From positions 32,001 to 96,000 of IMG/VR virus record IMGVR_UViG_3300043409_002109: DNA of 64,000 nucleotides. The stretch is one strand, 5' to 3'. The notes beneath the pieces were generated by a model. That model did not search any database. It worked only from the letters and a program-made list of their open reading frames with translations, and was not told where the DNA came from. Below, one piece after another: positions 1-9,689 of the stretch. Made by a program: the position numbers and the translations under genes. Position 1 is the stretch's first letter. Each line of letters begins with the position of its first letter. This DNA is from a virus.

Positions 1-2
1 AT

Positions 3-422
3 GGCGCCACTCACGGAGATAAAGAGGATTTAGAGAACGCTCGGATGATGTATCAGGGCGATACCGTGTATGAACATATGAGGAGAGTATGTCTTCGGGC
101 ATTTCCCTCTTACAAAATTGAAGATTTAGATAGGTGGACGAGACCGCTACTTCTACAAAGATTCGTTATAGCCGAACATATGCTTGCGGAGACTGGAGAA
201 TACCAGCCCATTGAACTTAAGAATATTATGACCGCCGAGCAGAAGGCCAAACACCAGAAGAGACAGGAAGCTCCTGGTGGAGGTATCGACTTTGCTCGTG
301 AGAATGCGGGGCTAAGTAAGGAGATGGCGGGGGCTGAAGGCCACGATGTATTCGACTTGCCTCCTGATCAATTCCAAAGGAAAATGAGGATCGCGCAGAG
401 AATGGACAGACAACGTGCTTAG
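3..422 (+). CDS. 5'-partial protein, possible tail assembly chaperone
   Basis: The frame is open from the window edge (GATHGDKEDLENARMM...), so the true start lies upstream. Its position directly before the tape-measure-like gene is the only functional hint. Confidence 0.35.
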   Translation, partial: GATHGDKEDLENARMMYQGDTVYEHMRRVCLRAFPSYKIEDLDRWTRPLLLQRFVIAEHMLAETGEYQPIELKNIMTAEQKAKHQKRQEAPGGGIDFARENAGLSKEMAGAEGHDVFDLPPDQFQRKMRIAQRMDRQRA

Positions 423-434
423 AGGAGATAGCAA

Positions 435-3400
435 ATGGCATTTGAATCTTATAATGCACAAGACATCTGGAGTTCTGGAGAAGCCCCCGGTAGCAGTAGT
501 AATCTACTAGCTGCTGGTAAGCTAGGCCTAGCGGCAGGGGCGGGGATAGGCGGGTTCCACTTATTGACTAAGAACCGCCCAGACGGCACTCGTGCTATCG
601 ATGACGTGTCTGCATTCCTGCGTACTGCTGGAAACCTTTCCCCATTCCAGATCGGGAATACCTTTCGTGTTCCTGAATTCCTATCCCCCTTCACTAGCCC
701 CTCCTATCAGGGCTTAAAAGGCGGGGAGCATGTATTTGAACAGAGCTTTCTGAAGACTTCTGAGACCACTCAGTACCTTCAGAAGGTCACAGGCAAAAGC
801 TATGAGGAGCTTCATGCTTTAGGCTTGAGCCAAGAGGCCCTCCTCGGCAGTGACGCTGCCGATAGTCTTGTCTACCGGGCAGGTAAGACTGGCTCTCGGG
901 GTAGTTTATTCGTAAGACGTAGAGGAGAGGAGTCTCTTCTCTCAGATGCTGTATCTCTCATGAGTAGAGATACAGAGATCGATCCTTTCGTCAGGGGAGC
1001 GAGGGCTGAGAATAAAGCATTTAAGGGCGTCCTTCAAGCCCTTGATATGTGGAAGAATGATAAGTTTGATTCAGAGAGAGTCTTAGCCTCGACAGACAAA
1101 CGATCTGAGGTCGCTTTCATCCCCTCTCTCGACGGACCTATGAAGACGAAGGGGGACTTCCTCCGACGCACTAGCTATGTTCGAGGAGTTGCGGCCTTCG
1201 AAGTCAGCAGATTCAATGACTTGATGGGCAATTATGCTCATCAGATATTTGGAGAAACTGGCGGGAACTTTACAAAGACTGTTCTAGGTATCTCCAACGA
1301 AGTTAGGCCAGGACCAGCAAGTGCCTTACTCGCAAGATATGCAGGTAGGGCGGCCATGCTCGGAGGGGCCGGGCTACTAGTTGCCCAAAGCGACTGGGTA
1401 CGCAGACAAGGGGGACTCCCAGGGCAGGCTGTGGCTGCTGCCGGGACCACTGCAGTGGGTGCATATGCCGCTTGGAAGATGGGGGCGAATAACAAGCTTG
1501 TAATGATGGGAGCCGTAGCAAGCTTCTTCGGGCAGATGACTTTACCCGGATTTGATAAGGGAATCTTCGAAGGAGTGGCTAGTACTGCTGCTGGACTAGA
1601 TGTTTTCAGAGCTAATCCCCTAAACCCATTTGGTTACTATCGTAGAACCTTAGAGGGATTTGCGCCCGGTATCTCTGATTGGAAGACTGGTGCTGTCTTA
1701 GGTCTCGGTGTTATGGCGGCTAGTGGCATGAGAATGCCCGGAACTGGTAAGAGAATTTCTGAACATCTTGTTGAGAAGCTAGGGGCAACAAGGCTCGGGC
1801 TGTCTTCTGGTGCTCTTGGCGTAGCGCCAGATGAACTACTCAGTACAAGAGATATGTTTTGGAGAGAACTAGAGGCTAGCAATAACCCCATAGCACGAAG
1901 CTCTGAAAGATGGCGCACCATGAGCGGGCGCCGGGAGATCTATGGGGAGCTAAAGGGCAGCCGCCCAGAAATACTTTCACAGATGAACAAGCACTGGCGT
2001 TCTGCCGAGGATGCGCATAGAGATATGATGCAGAAATCCTCTGAGCATGGAGCCAATAGGAAGTTGCTAGAAAGTCTCAGCGACATAGCTGATAAGTACA
2101 AGGATGGGAATGGCATTCAGAGGAAGATAATGATGCAAGTCGAAGGCTTTGCCTCTCAGACTTATCATTCTTTCTTCGGTGCTAATGCGAGCTATGACAA
2201 GGCCATGAGGTCTGAAATCCAGAAACTTGGATTTAGCGGAATCACTCCTGTGGGGAAATTCGGACGATTCGCTACACTTGGGCTGGCGGCTTTGGGCATT
2301 CAGCAGCTTGTGACTGGCGGGCTCCTTGGTTCTATGGAGTCTTCTGGAGATCTTAGCGACATCTATGCTGGACGTAAGCTAGTCGAAGTAAAGAAGAGCA
2401 GAGGGTGGGAGTCTGGCTCACAACCTTTTGGAGGTACTGAGACTTCATATTTCCGTCCTCATAGCTTGGCGTTGATGAATGCGCGCACTAGAGAAAGGGG
2501 TATCTGGGGGGAAGACGAGGATGAGATTTCTCCTATCACTAAGTTCTTCAAAAAGAACTTTACCTACGACCTAGAAAGGCAGAACTATTATGACAGGCCT
2601 TATCCTATATCCTCAGCCTTTGGTCAGGATGTCCCTATCATTGGCGGGCTGCTGGCGAGCACTGTTGGGCGAATCATCAAACCAGCTAAGTTAATGCACT
2701 CTGAAGAATGGGCAAGAGAAGGAGAAGGCGGGGCAGAGTTTAAGTCTATCTATAAAGGTAGTCGGCAAGAGCCAGCTTATGCTTTAGGAGCCCAAGGCCC
2801 TGGAACTCCAGTTAGTCCATTCGCTGCGACTGAACAAGCCATGTTTATGTCGGATCAGATGAGACAGCTCTCAGGCTTCCCGGGATTCATAAGAAATACG
2901 CTCCAGAAGATTGTTACTGGGAATCAGAATTTCATGCACAATCAGCCTGTGCTTGCTAGTTCTGGAGAGATGACTAGTCCGAGCAGAATGTTCTGGGAGA
3001 GCGAGCTTGGCGGCGGCTTCTTAACTACTGAGCTTTGGCGACGGCTATTCCCTAGAAATCAGCCGGGTTTACAGAAGGTGAACCCAATCCGAAACAATAT
3101 GCCTTACTGGATGCCAGATAAGTTCCATACTGGAGACCCCTACGCCTCGGTTCAATGGGGCGAAGCGAGACTTCCCGGAGCGGGGTACTCTGCGCTACAC
3201 CCTGAGCTTAATGGTATCGATCCAGAGGAATACCCTCTACTCGCTAGAATGGCGATCTTAGGGGATGTGGCGCCTGCCTCGGTTGAGTATAGGAGAACAC
3301 AAGAACAGGTTTATCTAAAGCGCCAAGAGGGAGGTTACTCCGAGGGCCAAAATAGACTTATTGATCAGATAGATCAACAAGTCGCTCAGCAGATGAACCA

Positions 3401-4472
3401 ATACACCTTTGAAGAACAAGATCCTAGATCTATCAATCTACCTGGAGCCGCTCCTGTTAGAGGGCTGTGGAATGGCGCTTTAACAGGTATCCGCCACCTT
3501 GCCGCGCCGGCTGAATACATGATTCCAATGGGTTTCAGACCTACTCAGAAGTTGATGTCTGACTATAGAGGCCCGATTGAGGCTTACGAACATGAGAGAT
3601 TGTATGGTACCCAAGTAGCTTTCTGGGATAAGCCCATGAGAGACTGGTTCAGACCAGCTGCTTACTCGGCGGCGCATATGATGGGTTATGATGGGAAGCC
3701 CCTTTGGAGAAGGGAAGCTGACGCAGTGGACCAGCGTTTCGATGAAATAGAATTCCATAAGTGGATGACCCTGGCCTTGCAAGCTGAGCAAGCAGGAGAC
3801 TCTGAGGGCAAGAGCCGGTATATGTGGGCAGCGTCAAATACCCGGACCGGTGTGAACCCCCAAGGCTCAGCTTTGAGCATGTACTGGACTCTTCCTGAAT
3901 CTGAAAGAAGTTTCTTCAACTCTTTCTCTGTAGCTCAAGGAGCGGATAGAAGCCGGATTCTAGAAATGGTCCCAGAGGACCAGGCCCATCTTTATCAGGC
4001 TTTATGGTCTAGGTTAGATAGCGGAGATCCCTCCGTTATGGCTGGAGGAGGACAGGGCGTCGATGAAAACTTCTTGCGCACCAAATATTATGGCCAGTCT
4101 AAAGAGGCTATGCCTTCAGAGGACTTCATTGGGTGGCACGAAGAAGTAGACCTCAGTGATATCAAAGTGCGCTATGCAGAACGCTATGCAGCTGATATCT
4201 CTGACTATGGAGTTTGGGAAAGCCAGCTGAAGAAATCAGAGGGACAAGAGTTCCTTGATGGCTCGGAGGGATATATAGGTTCGCCTAATACCATTGCGGC
4301 TCAGCAAATTAAAAGTAAAATATGGAATATGTCGGGCAGTACACAAAATAGACCTGGACTTACTTCGGTCTTTAGTTCTAATATGGGGTCTACAGTTCGT
4401 ATGACTTATAACGATCACAGAGATGGTGATATTTACAGTGTCTTCCAGAAGATGCTAAGCGGCGGCTATTAA
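435..4472 (+). CDS. tape-measure-like / ejected virion protein (1345 aa)
   Basis: AGAGGAG RBS. Gly/Ala-rich helical protein with several hydrophobic segments (GKLGLAAGAGIGGF, AAMLGGAGLLVA, FATLGLAALGIQQLVTGGLLG). Lies upstream of the hub and baseplate genes. Confidence 0.6.
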   Translation: MAFESYNAQDIWSSGEAPGSSSNLLAAGKLGLAAGAGIGGFHLLTKNRPDGTRAIDDVSAFLRTAGNLSPFQIGNTFRVPEFLSPFTSPSYQGLKGGEHVFEQSFLKTSETTQYLQKVTGKSYEELHALGLSQEALLGSDAADSLVYRAGKTGSRGSLFVRRRGEESLLSDAVSLMSRDTEIDPFVRGARAENKAFKGVLQALDMWKNDKFDSERVLASTDKRSEVAFIPSLDGPMKTKGDFLRRTSYVRGVAAFEVSRFNDLMGNYAHQIFGETGGNFTKTVLGISNEVRPGPASALLARYAGRAAMLGGAGLLVAQSDWVRRQGGLPGQAVAAAGTTAVGAYAAWKMGANNKLVMMGAVASFFGQMTLPGFDKGIFEGVASTAAGLDVFRANPLNPFGYYRRTLEGFAPGISDWKTGAVLGLGVMAASGMRMPGTGKRISEHLVEKLGATRLGLSSGALGVAPDELLSTRDMFWRELEASNNPIARSSERWRTMSGRREIYGELKGSRPEILSQMNKHWRSAEDAHRDMMQKSSEHGANRKLLESLSDIADKYKDGNGIQRKIMMQVEGFASQTYHSFFGANASYDKAMRSEIQKLGFSGITPVGKFGRFATLGLAALGIQQLVTGGLLGSMESSGDLSDIYAGRKLVEVKKSRGWESGSQPFGGTETSYFRPHSLALMNARTRERGIWGEDEDEISPITKFFKKNFTYDLERQNYYDRPYPISSAFGQDVPIIGGLLASTVGRIIKPAKLMHSEEWAREGEGGAEFKSIYKGSRQEPAYALGAQGPGTPVSPFAATEQAMFMSDQMRQLSGFPGFIRNTLQKIVTGNQNFMHNQPVLASSGEMTSPSRMFWESELGGGFLTTELWRRLFPRNQPGLQKVNPIRNNMPYWMPDKFHTGDPYASVQWGEARLPGAGYSALHPELNGIDPEEYPLLARMAILGDVAPASVEYRRTQEQVYLKRQEGGYSEGQNRLIDQIDQQVAQQMNQYTFEEQDPRSINLPGAAPVRGLWNGALTGIRHLAAPAEYMIPMGFRPTQKLMSDYRGPIEAYEHERLYGTQVAFWDKPMRDWFRPAAYSAAHMMGYDGKPLWRREADAVDQRFDEIEFHKWMTLALQAEQAGDSEGKSRYMWAASNTRTGVNPQGSALSMYWTLPESERSFFNSFSVAQGADRSRILEMVPEDQAHLYQALWSRLDSGDPSVMAGGGQGVDENFLRTKYYGQSKEAMPSEDFIGWHEEVDLSDIKVRYAERYAADISDYGVWESQLKKSEGQEFLDGSEGYIGSPNTIAAQQIKSKIWNMSGSTQNRPGLTSVFSSNMGSTVRMTYNDHRDGDIYSVFQKMLSGGY

Positions 4473-7400
4473 TGAATTTCTTGAGCAAGCTTAATGAAGA
4501 TAAAGATAAGGTCCCAGGCATTCTAGCTGGTGTTGCGGGTACGCTTCCTATTGCTTTAGCTGTAAATTATTCCTGGCGGAAAATGCAGTCTAATCAGCCT
4601 ATTTCCGCTTCCCAGATATTAGGTAATAGAAGCCCTCTTGGTGACATGGGCAGAGATATAGGGAAGGGCCTTCACGAGAGCTATGCTAAAGACAATAAGG
4701 CTGTAGATAAGATCACTGAGAAGCTCCTGAAAAGTGATGAGCTAGCCAAGATAATGGAGAAGAAGGACCAGCGGGCAGCGATTGTACAATCTATCTTGAC
4801 TACGATAGAAGATCAGAGCACTGGGCTGAATAGTGAAACTTTAGCGAAGACTAAAGAGCAACTAATGAAGATCGTCGCAGATGATGCGGACTCTCCAGAG
4901 GCTAGAGAGATTGTGAAGGCGGCTCTTACTAGTATTCAGGAAAGTGGTAGCGACCTAACACAACAGAGGTTCGCAAACCGTTTTAGAGAATTCAAGAAAC
5001 AGGGAGGTGGCCTTGTCGCTCCAGTAGCTGAGTTCAGAAGCACTCAGGCTCTGAATGTTATTAAACATGCTACGATGAAGGATCGTAGCGCTGTGCTTAA
5101 GCTCGTAGGAGGTGATGCTGGGCGTGCAGATTTCCTTCAAAGTCAGTACACCCGCATCGCTGATAGGGTTGGGAAGAAAGATCTAGAGACTGCTCTTCAG
5201 ATTGTAGAGATGGACAGTGGCATGGGACAACGAACTCTTATGGCTAGGGTCTATTCTGGAAAGAAAAAGCAATTTGCATTTCAAGTGAACCTCCTAGCAA
5301 ATGCTACTGGAGTTGATGCCCCCACTCTATACCCAATGGGAGAGAATGGGGCTACTAGGTATTTCGGCCCCGTAGGTGTTGTTGACGCAGGCGATGTTGA
5401 GAAACTGAATGCCACTCGAAAGAATAAGTGGGGACTAGAGCACCTCAGGGGTCGCTTAAAGAGGGTTGAGGCTCGCGAAATGGATATAGCCCTAAGCCTT
5501 TTAGAGAGTGACCAATTCGGTGTTCGCATGACTCAAGCGGCACGCACTGCATATAATGAGCAGCGGGCCGAGATTTTAGAGCCTGCTAGTCGTGTACTCT
5601 CTCCGGGCATGGAAAGGAGGAACAGGGGCAAGACCGCGGCTGCCTATCGCGAGCACCAGATGAGGCAGGCACGCATTACTCAGAATAAAATTGTTGTGAG
5701 TGGTCTTTTTGGTAAAGACGAAGCGGCAAAGGAAGCCTTGGCTAAAGGTGCCTTCTCTGTTGATCCCAGTGTGCTAGATAAGTTTGAGGCTGGGGAGACG
5801 AGAGTTTCCGCTCCCGTAGACGGCCGGCAGTACTTGAATCTTCAGCTTCAAAAAGACTCTGCCTTCACGGGATTCCGGGCCGGTGCTTCTGCTAATAGAA
5901 TATCTTTGCCTGTTATTGCCCGAATAGAGCAAGCTGTTGGTCGTAACGGTATGTACATATCAAGGGAGAGCGTCCCCCGGAAGATGGGAAGGCTCTCTAG
6001 GTATGACGTAGGGGCTGGCGGTGCGCCCATCGGTTGGCGAGAGCAGCACCAAGGGGGAGTTAACAGATTCGGCCTCTTCGATGCCACTGGCGGGCGCGGA
6101 AGAGGCTTCCTGGCTAAGAGCGAAGGCTCTGGTATGGCTTGGGCTCCCGGAGGTCTGGGAACATTAATGAATGACAGAACTATACCCATTCTAGATGCGA
6201 AAGAACACAACATGCTTACGACCGACTTTATGGCTCATCTTGAAGAAGAGTTTAAAGCTGGTAGAGAAATGAGTACTTATGACGTTATGGACAATGGTAA
6301 GCTAAGACATGCTACCACTGGACAGGAGTGGGATCGATGGTTAGGCCAGGGCTCAAGCGGAAATAGAGCTATCCACCTTGACCCTCAGACGAAGAGGTTC
6401 CAGATTGGCATTGCTGAGAAGAATGAGACTGGAGGCAAGAAGCAGATAAACCTAGCTATTGTGTCGGAAAGAAACATGGAGAGTGGAAAGGTCTTCGCTC
6501 CTGCCCTGAAAGCAACTCATGCTGTACCTGAACAAGGGTTCGAGGGTCGCCTAGCAAGAGACTACAAGTTAGGCACAGAGTTCTTCGCACGTCATGGTAT
6601 AAAGCTGACGGATACGATAGCTGCCTCTGGAGACCAGTACAAGAAGGCTCCTCTGTTTTTGGCAAGCCAACTTACGAGCGCTCTTGGAGCACTCGATAAC
6701 TCTGTTGATCCATTTGATTTTGTCGAAGACAGCGTTAAGGGTTATAAGGGGGACTCTCCTTTCGGAGGAAAAGATGTTGGTAAGGTAGCAGATATTGTGA
6801 TGGGTAGATTAGCCAAGGGGCATCGGGCTGGCCGGATTCATTCTCAGGATGTGGGGGCGGCGCTGGGCTTGCTCTATCAGGGCAGTGGATTAGCGAGACT
6901 GCACGACCCTAAAGGGGAGAATAGTGCCGATCCGTTGTGGCAGAGGGGAGGGAAGGAGAGCTATAAGCTTGATCCCGAGGCCCTAGAGAAGAGAATGATT
7001 CATCATTTTGGTGAAGATGCTTATAGGAATGAGCTTCTCCCACAGATGAAGACAGGACTTGCTATTCAGCCTTTGACTCTGTTTCCCGGTGAAGCCCATG
7101 GCGATTGGGGGCTCGGGAGAGGCTCGATAGAGCCACGTTTCTTGGAGTTAACCTCTGGGAAGCTAAGAGAAGCCGGTATGAATAATGCCGACGTTTCTGA
7201 GTTCATGGTAAGAGTGCTGAAGAGAAAAATTGGAGGAGAAGAGGGATTGAAGCTCGTCGCCCCCTTAGAACGGATGCAAGCTTCAGTTCTCAACAGGACT
7301 ATGCCCGGAGCAACCGGAGGTCCGACCTTTACTCTAGATCAGCTGATTGACGAGATGACAAAGCTAGGGCAGAAGACTAAAGGTAAAGGTAATTTTTCTG

Positions 7401-9688
7401 ATTTCCTCGCGACTCAGAAGGATGGCATTACTTTAGACCTGAGTGACACATCGAATAAAGCTAAAGCCGCGATCTCGCACGCCGCTGGAGAGCAGCTAGA
7501 GGGCCAGAGGTCTATCTACATGGCAGGTGGAGACGCTATGGAATTCATGAGAGGTACTGAGATTAAACAGGCTGCTGGTGAGTCTATTAAGATAGGCTCA
7601 GACTATGACAGGACAGTTAACCATTTTATTGAAGACCTTTTAAAAATGCGTACTAATGATGAGGAAGCGGCTAGATCTGCTTCCAAATCTATGCTTGAGT
7701 ATAGGAAGAATATAACTACTTTATTCTCAACTGCGTTGGTTGGCACCGCTAGAGGTAAAATAAAGGGTGCTTCATTCAGCGTAGCAGAAACATTGTTTGA
7801 TGACTTAGCTTTGACTCCTGAACAGTTCAAGTTAGCTGATCAACTTGATAGTGGTGCTAAAGGCCAAGCAGTCTTTAGAGATACTGCATCCTTCATGTCC
7901 TCCTTATCAGACTGGATGGGGAATGACAAAGGCAAGCTGGCTAGAATGTATTTTACTGGAGCAGAGAGAGCTGCAGCAACCGGCAAGATGAGTACTGGTA
8001 TATGGGGTCTGAGCACCAGAAACCCTCAGCTATTTAGACGTAGCACGAACATCACTCAAGCTTTCAGGGATCCTAGACAAGTGGCAAGAGGTGAGGCAGA
8101 CGTAGCATTCTCAAGAATCAAGAAGTATCTTCCTGGAGCTTTAGAGGAGTTGAGTAGGAAGACACAAACTGAGATAGGCGGATTCAAAGACATTGCTCTC
8201 CTAGACGATAAGGCCCATGGGAACGCTATAAATAGATTCTTCGATACTATCGCTGATCGACAGTCAGACTGGTGGCAGTCTGAGGGCGGTGGTACAGACT
8301 CGTATCTCAGAAGGGAACATGATGTCGTGATTACTGACAGTAAGGGTAATTCGCCAAAAACAATCAGGAAGGTAGACTTTGGTTTCCAAGGTGCAGCATA
8401 TCAGGACAATGACGGTGATCAGCCTCAGAATATGATTCTTGATGAAGAAGATCGAGTCAAACTCAACAAGGCATTTAAAGATAAGGAGCGAGCTGCAAAG
8501 TATTTTGCTACCGATTCACAAGGTATTGCTCAGCAGAAGATTGCTGACCACTACCTTAAGATAGGAATGGGCGGCGAGTCAGTTAGTCTCGACAGTGAGG
8601 CCCCTCCTGAGTTGCGTCAGATGAGTGAAGACTTCTTAAAGGAAAAAGCTCAAGATAGAAGTACTGGTAAGGTCAACAACGCAGTAGATAGGTTGCGTAG
8701 AGCTTTGCTTAATAATGTCGCAGGCAATGAAGATAACATCAACGAGGCAATGGCCTTTATCAACACCCTGCCAGAGCAGACTACTATCAAGTCAAAGCAG
8801 AGAACCAACTACGAAGCTCTAGCTGAAATGCTCTCTCGGGCTATTGGCGCTACGTATGATGGAGATAGCGATGCCTTACCTAATCTTTTCAAAACGACTC
8901 TATATCCTCAAGATAAGATGCCCGAGTTATATGAGGGCGTGAAGTACTCCATTCAAGGACGAAACCTGCCCAACAATGTGCAGGGTGCAGTCGGCGAAGT
9001 GAACCTAACAAGAGTTCTGGATACTATAATGCACTCAGTCCAAAACCATATTGCGATTGGTGGTGGAGAGATGGATACTCTTGGAGGCTTAACTCGGGGC
9101 CTGATGGGATCTCAGGCTGGTGTTAACTTCGATAGATATCTTGAGGGTAAGAGTGGAGTCCAGGCTGGTATTGCGGCCGGTGGAGGAAGAGGTGCCGCTC
9201 AGGATGCGGTGATTGCTGCCGAAGGTGCATTCGCAAGAGTCCGAGCAGCGGCAGGGAAAATAGACGGTAGGATGGCGGGAATAGCCACTCTAGGGCTTGG
9301 GGCAGGAGCAGCTATACTAGGCATGGCCGGGGCAGACGGGTATGACTCAGAGCCCCTAATGGCTCCTGGTGACATGCCAAGTTCTTATGTGCAGAAGGAG
9401 ATTAGCTCCTTTAACCTCCTTGATAATTCCTCTGCACGAGAGCAAGGTTCCCCTATGTCCGACCCCTATGATATGATGAACACACCTATTAATACTGGCA
9501 CCGCCTACATGAATAGACCAAATGGGTATAATATTCGTGGAGAAATTGGTAGTATGGGTGGAGTCGGTCAAGTAGGGGGTTATGTTAATAATCTAACTCG
9601 TGGTTTCGGACGAGGCTCTATTATGGTAAATGATACCAGACGACCGATAACCAGTTCCTACGTAGATCGAATGGCAGGAGAATACTAA
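4472..9688 (+). CDS. putative single-chain two-barrel (DPBB) DNA-dependent RNA polymerase, likely virion-associated (1738 aa)
   Basis: Ordered motifs: SEGSG (E551), GKVFAPALK (K673/K680), TRNPQLFRRS..TQAF (R1183), AAYQDNDGDQ (D1312-D1316), TGKVNN (~1398), EQTTIKSK (~1435). Compare beta' NRAPTLHRLGIQAF...AAYNADFDGDQ. Confidence 0.72.
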   Translation: MNFLSKLNEDKDKVPGILAGVAGTLPIALAVNYSWRKMQSNQPISASQILGNRSPLGDMGRDIGKGLHESYAKDNKAVDKITEKLLKSDELAKIMEKKDQRAAIVQSILTTIEDQSTGLNSETLAKTKEQLMKIVADDADSPEAREIVKAALTSIQESGSDLTQQRFANRFREFKKQGGGLVAPVAEFRSTQALNVIKHATMKDRSAVLKLVGGDAGRADFLQSQYTRIADRVGKKDLETALQIVEMDSGMGQRTLMARVYSGKKKQFAFQVNLLANATGVDAPTLYPMGENGATRYFGPVGVVDAGDVEKLNATRKNKWGLEHLRGRLKRVEAREMDIALSLLESDQFGVRMTQAARTAYNEQRAEILEPASRVLSPGMERRNRGKTAAAYREHQMRQARITQNKIVVSGLFGKDEAAKEALAKGAFSVDPSVLDKFEAGETRVSAPVDGRQYLNLQLQKDSAFTGFRAGASANRISLPVIARIEQAVGRNGMYISRESVPRKMGRLSRYDVGAGGAPIGWREQHQGGVNRFGLFDATGGRGRGFLAKSEGSGMAWAPGGLGTLMNDRTIPILDAKEHNMLTTDFMAHLEEEFKAGREMSTYDVMDNGKLRHATTGQEWDRWLGQGSSGNRAIHLDPQTKRFQIGIAEKNETGGKKQINLAIVSERNMESGKVFAPALKATHAVPEQGFEGRLARDYKLGTEFFARHGIKLTDTIAASGDQYKKAPLFLASQLTSALGALDNSVDPFDFVEDSVKGYKGDSPFGGKDVGKVADIVMGRLAKGHRAGRIHSQDVGAALGLLYQGSGLARLHDPKGENSADPLWQRGGKESYKLDPEALEKRMIHHFGEDAYRNELLPQMKTGLAIQPLTLFPGEAHGDWGLGRGSIEPRFLELTSGKLREAGMNNADVSEFMVRVLKRKIGGEEGLKLVAPLERMQASVLNRTMPGATGGPTFTLDQLIDEMTKLGQKTKGKGNFSDFLATQKDGITLDLSDTSNKAKAAISHAAGEQLEGQRSIYMAGGDAMEFMRGTEIKQAAGESIKIGSDYDRTVNHFIEDLLKMRTNDEEAARSASKSMLEYRKNITTLFSTALVGTARGKIKGASFSVAETLFDDLALTPEQFKLADQLDSGAKGQAVFRDTASFMSSLSDWMGNDKGKLARMYFTGAERAAATGKMSTGIWGLSTRNPQLFRRSTNITQAFRDPRQVARGEADVAFSRIKKYLPGALEELSRKTQTEIGGFKDIALLDDKAHGNAINRFFDTIADRQSDWWQSEGGGTDSYLRREHDVVITDSKGNSPKTIRKVDFGFQGAAYQDNDGDQPQNMILDEEDRVKLNKAFKDKERAAKYFATDSQGIAQQKIADHYLKIGMGGESVSLDSEAPPELRQMSEDFLKEKAQDRSTGKVNNAVDRLRRALLNNVAGNEDNINEAMAFINTLPEQTTIKSKQRTNYEALAEMLSRAIGATYDGDSDALPNLFKTTLYPQDKMPELYEGVKYSIQGRNLPNNVQGAVGEVNLTRVLDTIMHSVQNHIAIGGGEMDTLGGLTRGLMGSQAGVNFDRYLEGKSGVQAGIAAGGGRGAAQDAVIAAEGAFARVRAAAGKIDGRMAGIATLGLGAGAAILGMAGADGYDSEPLMAPGDMPSSYVQKEISSFNLLDNSSAREQGSPMSDPYDMMNTPINTGTAYMNRPNGYNIRGEIGSMGGVGQVGGYVNNLTRGFGRGSIMVNDTRRPITSSYVDRMAGEY

Positions 9689-9689
9689 A

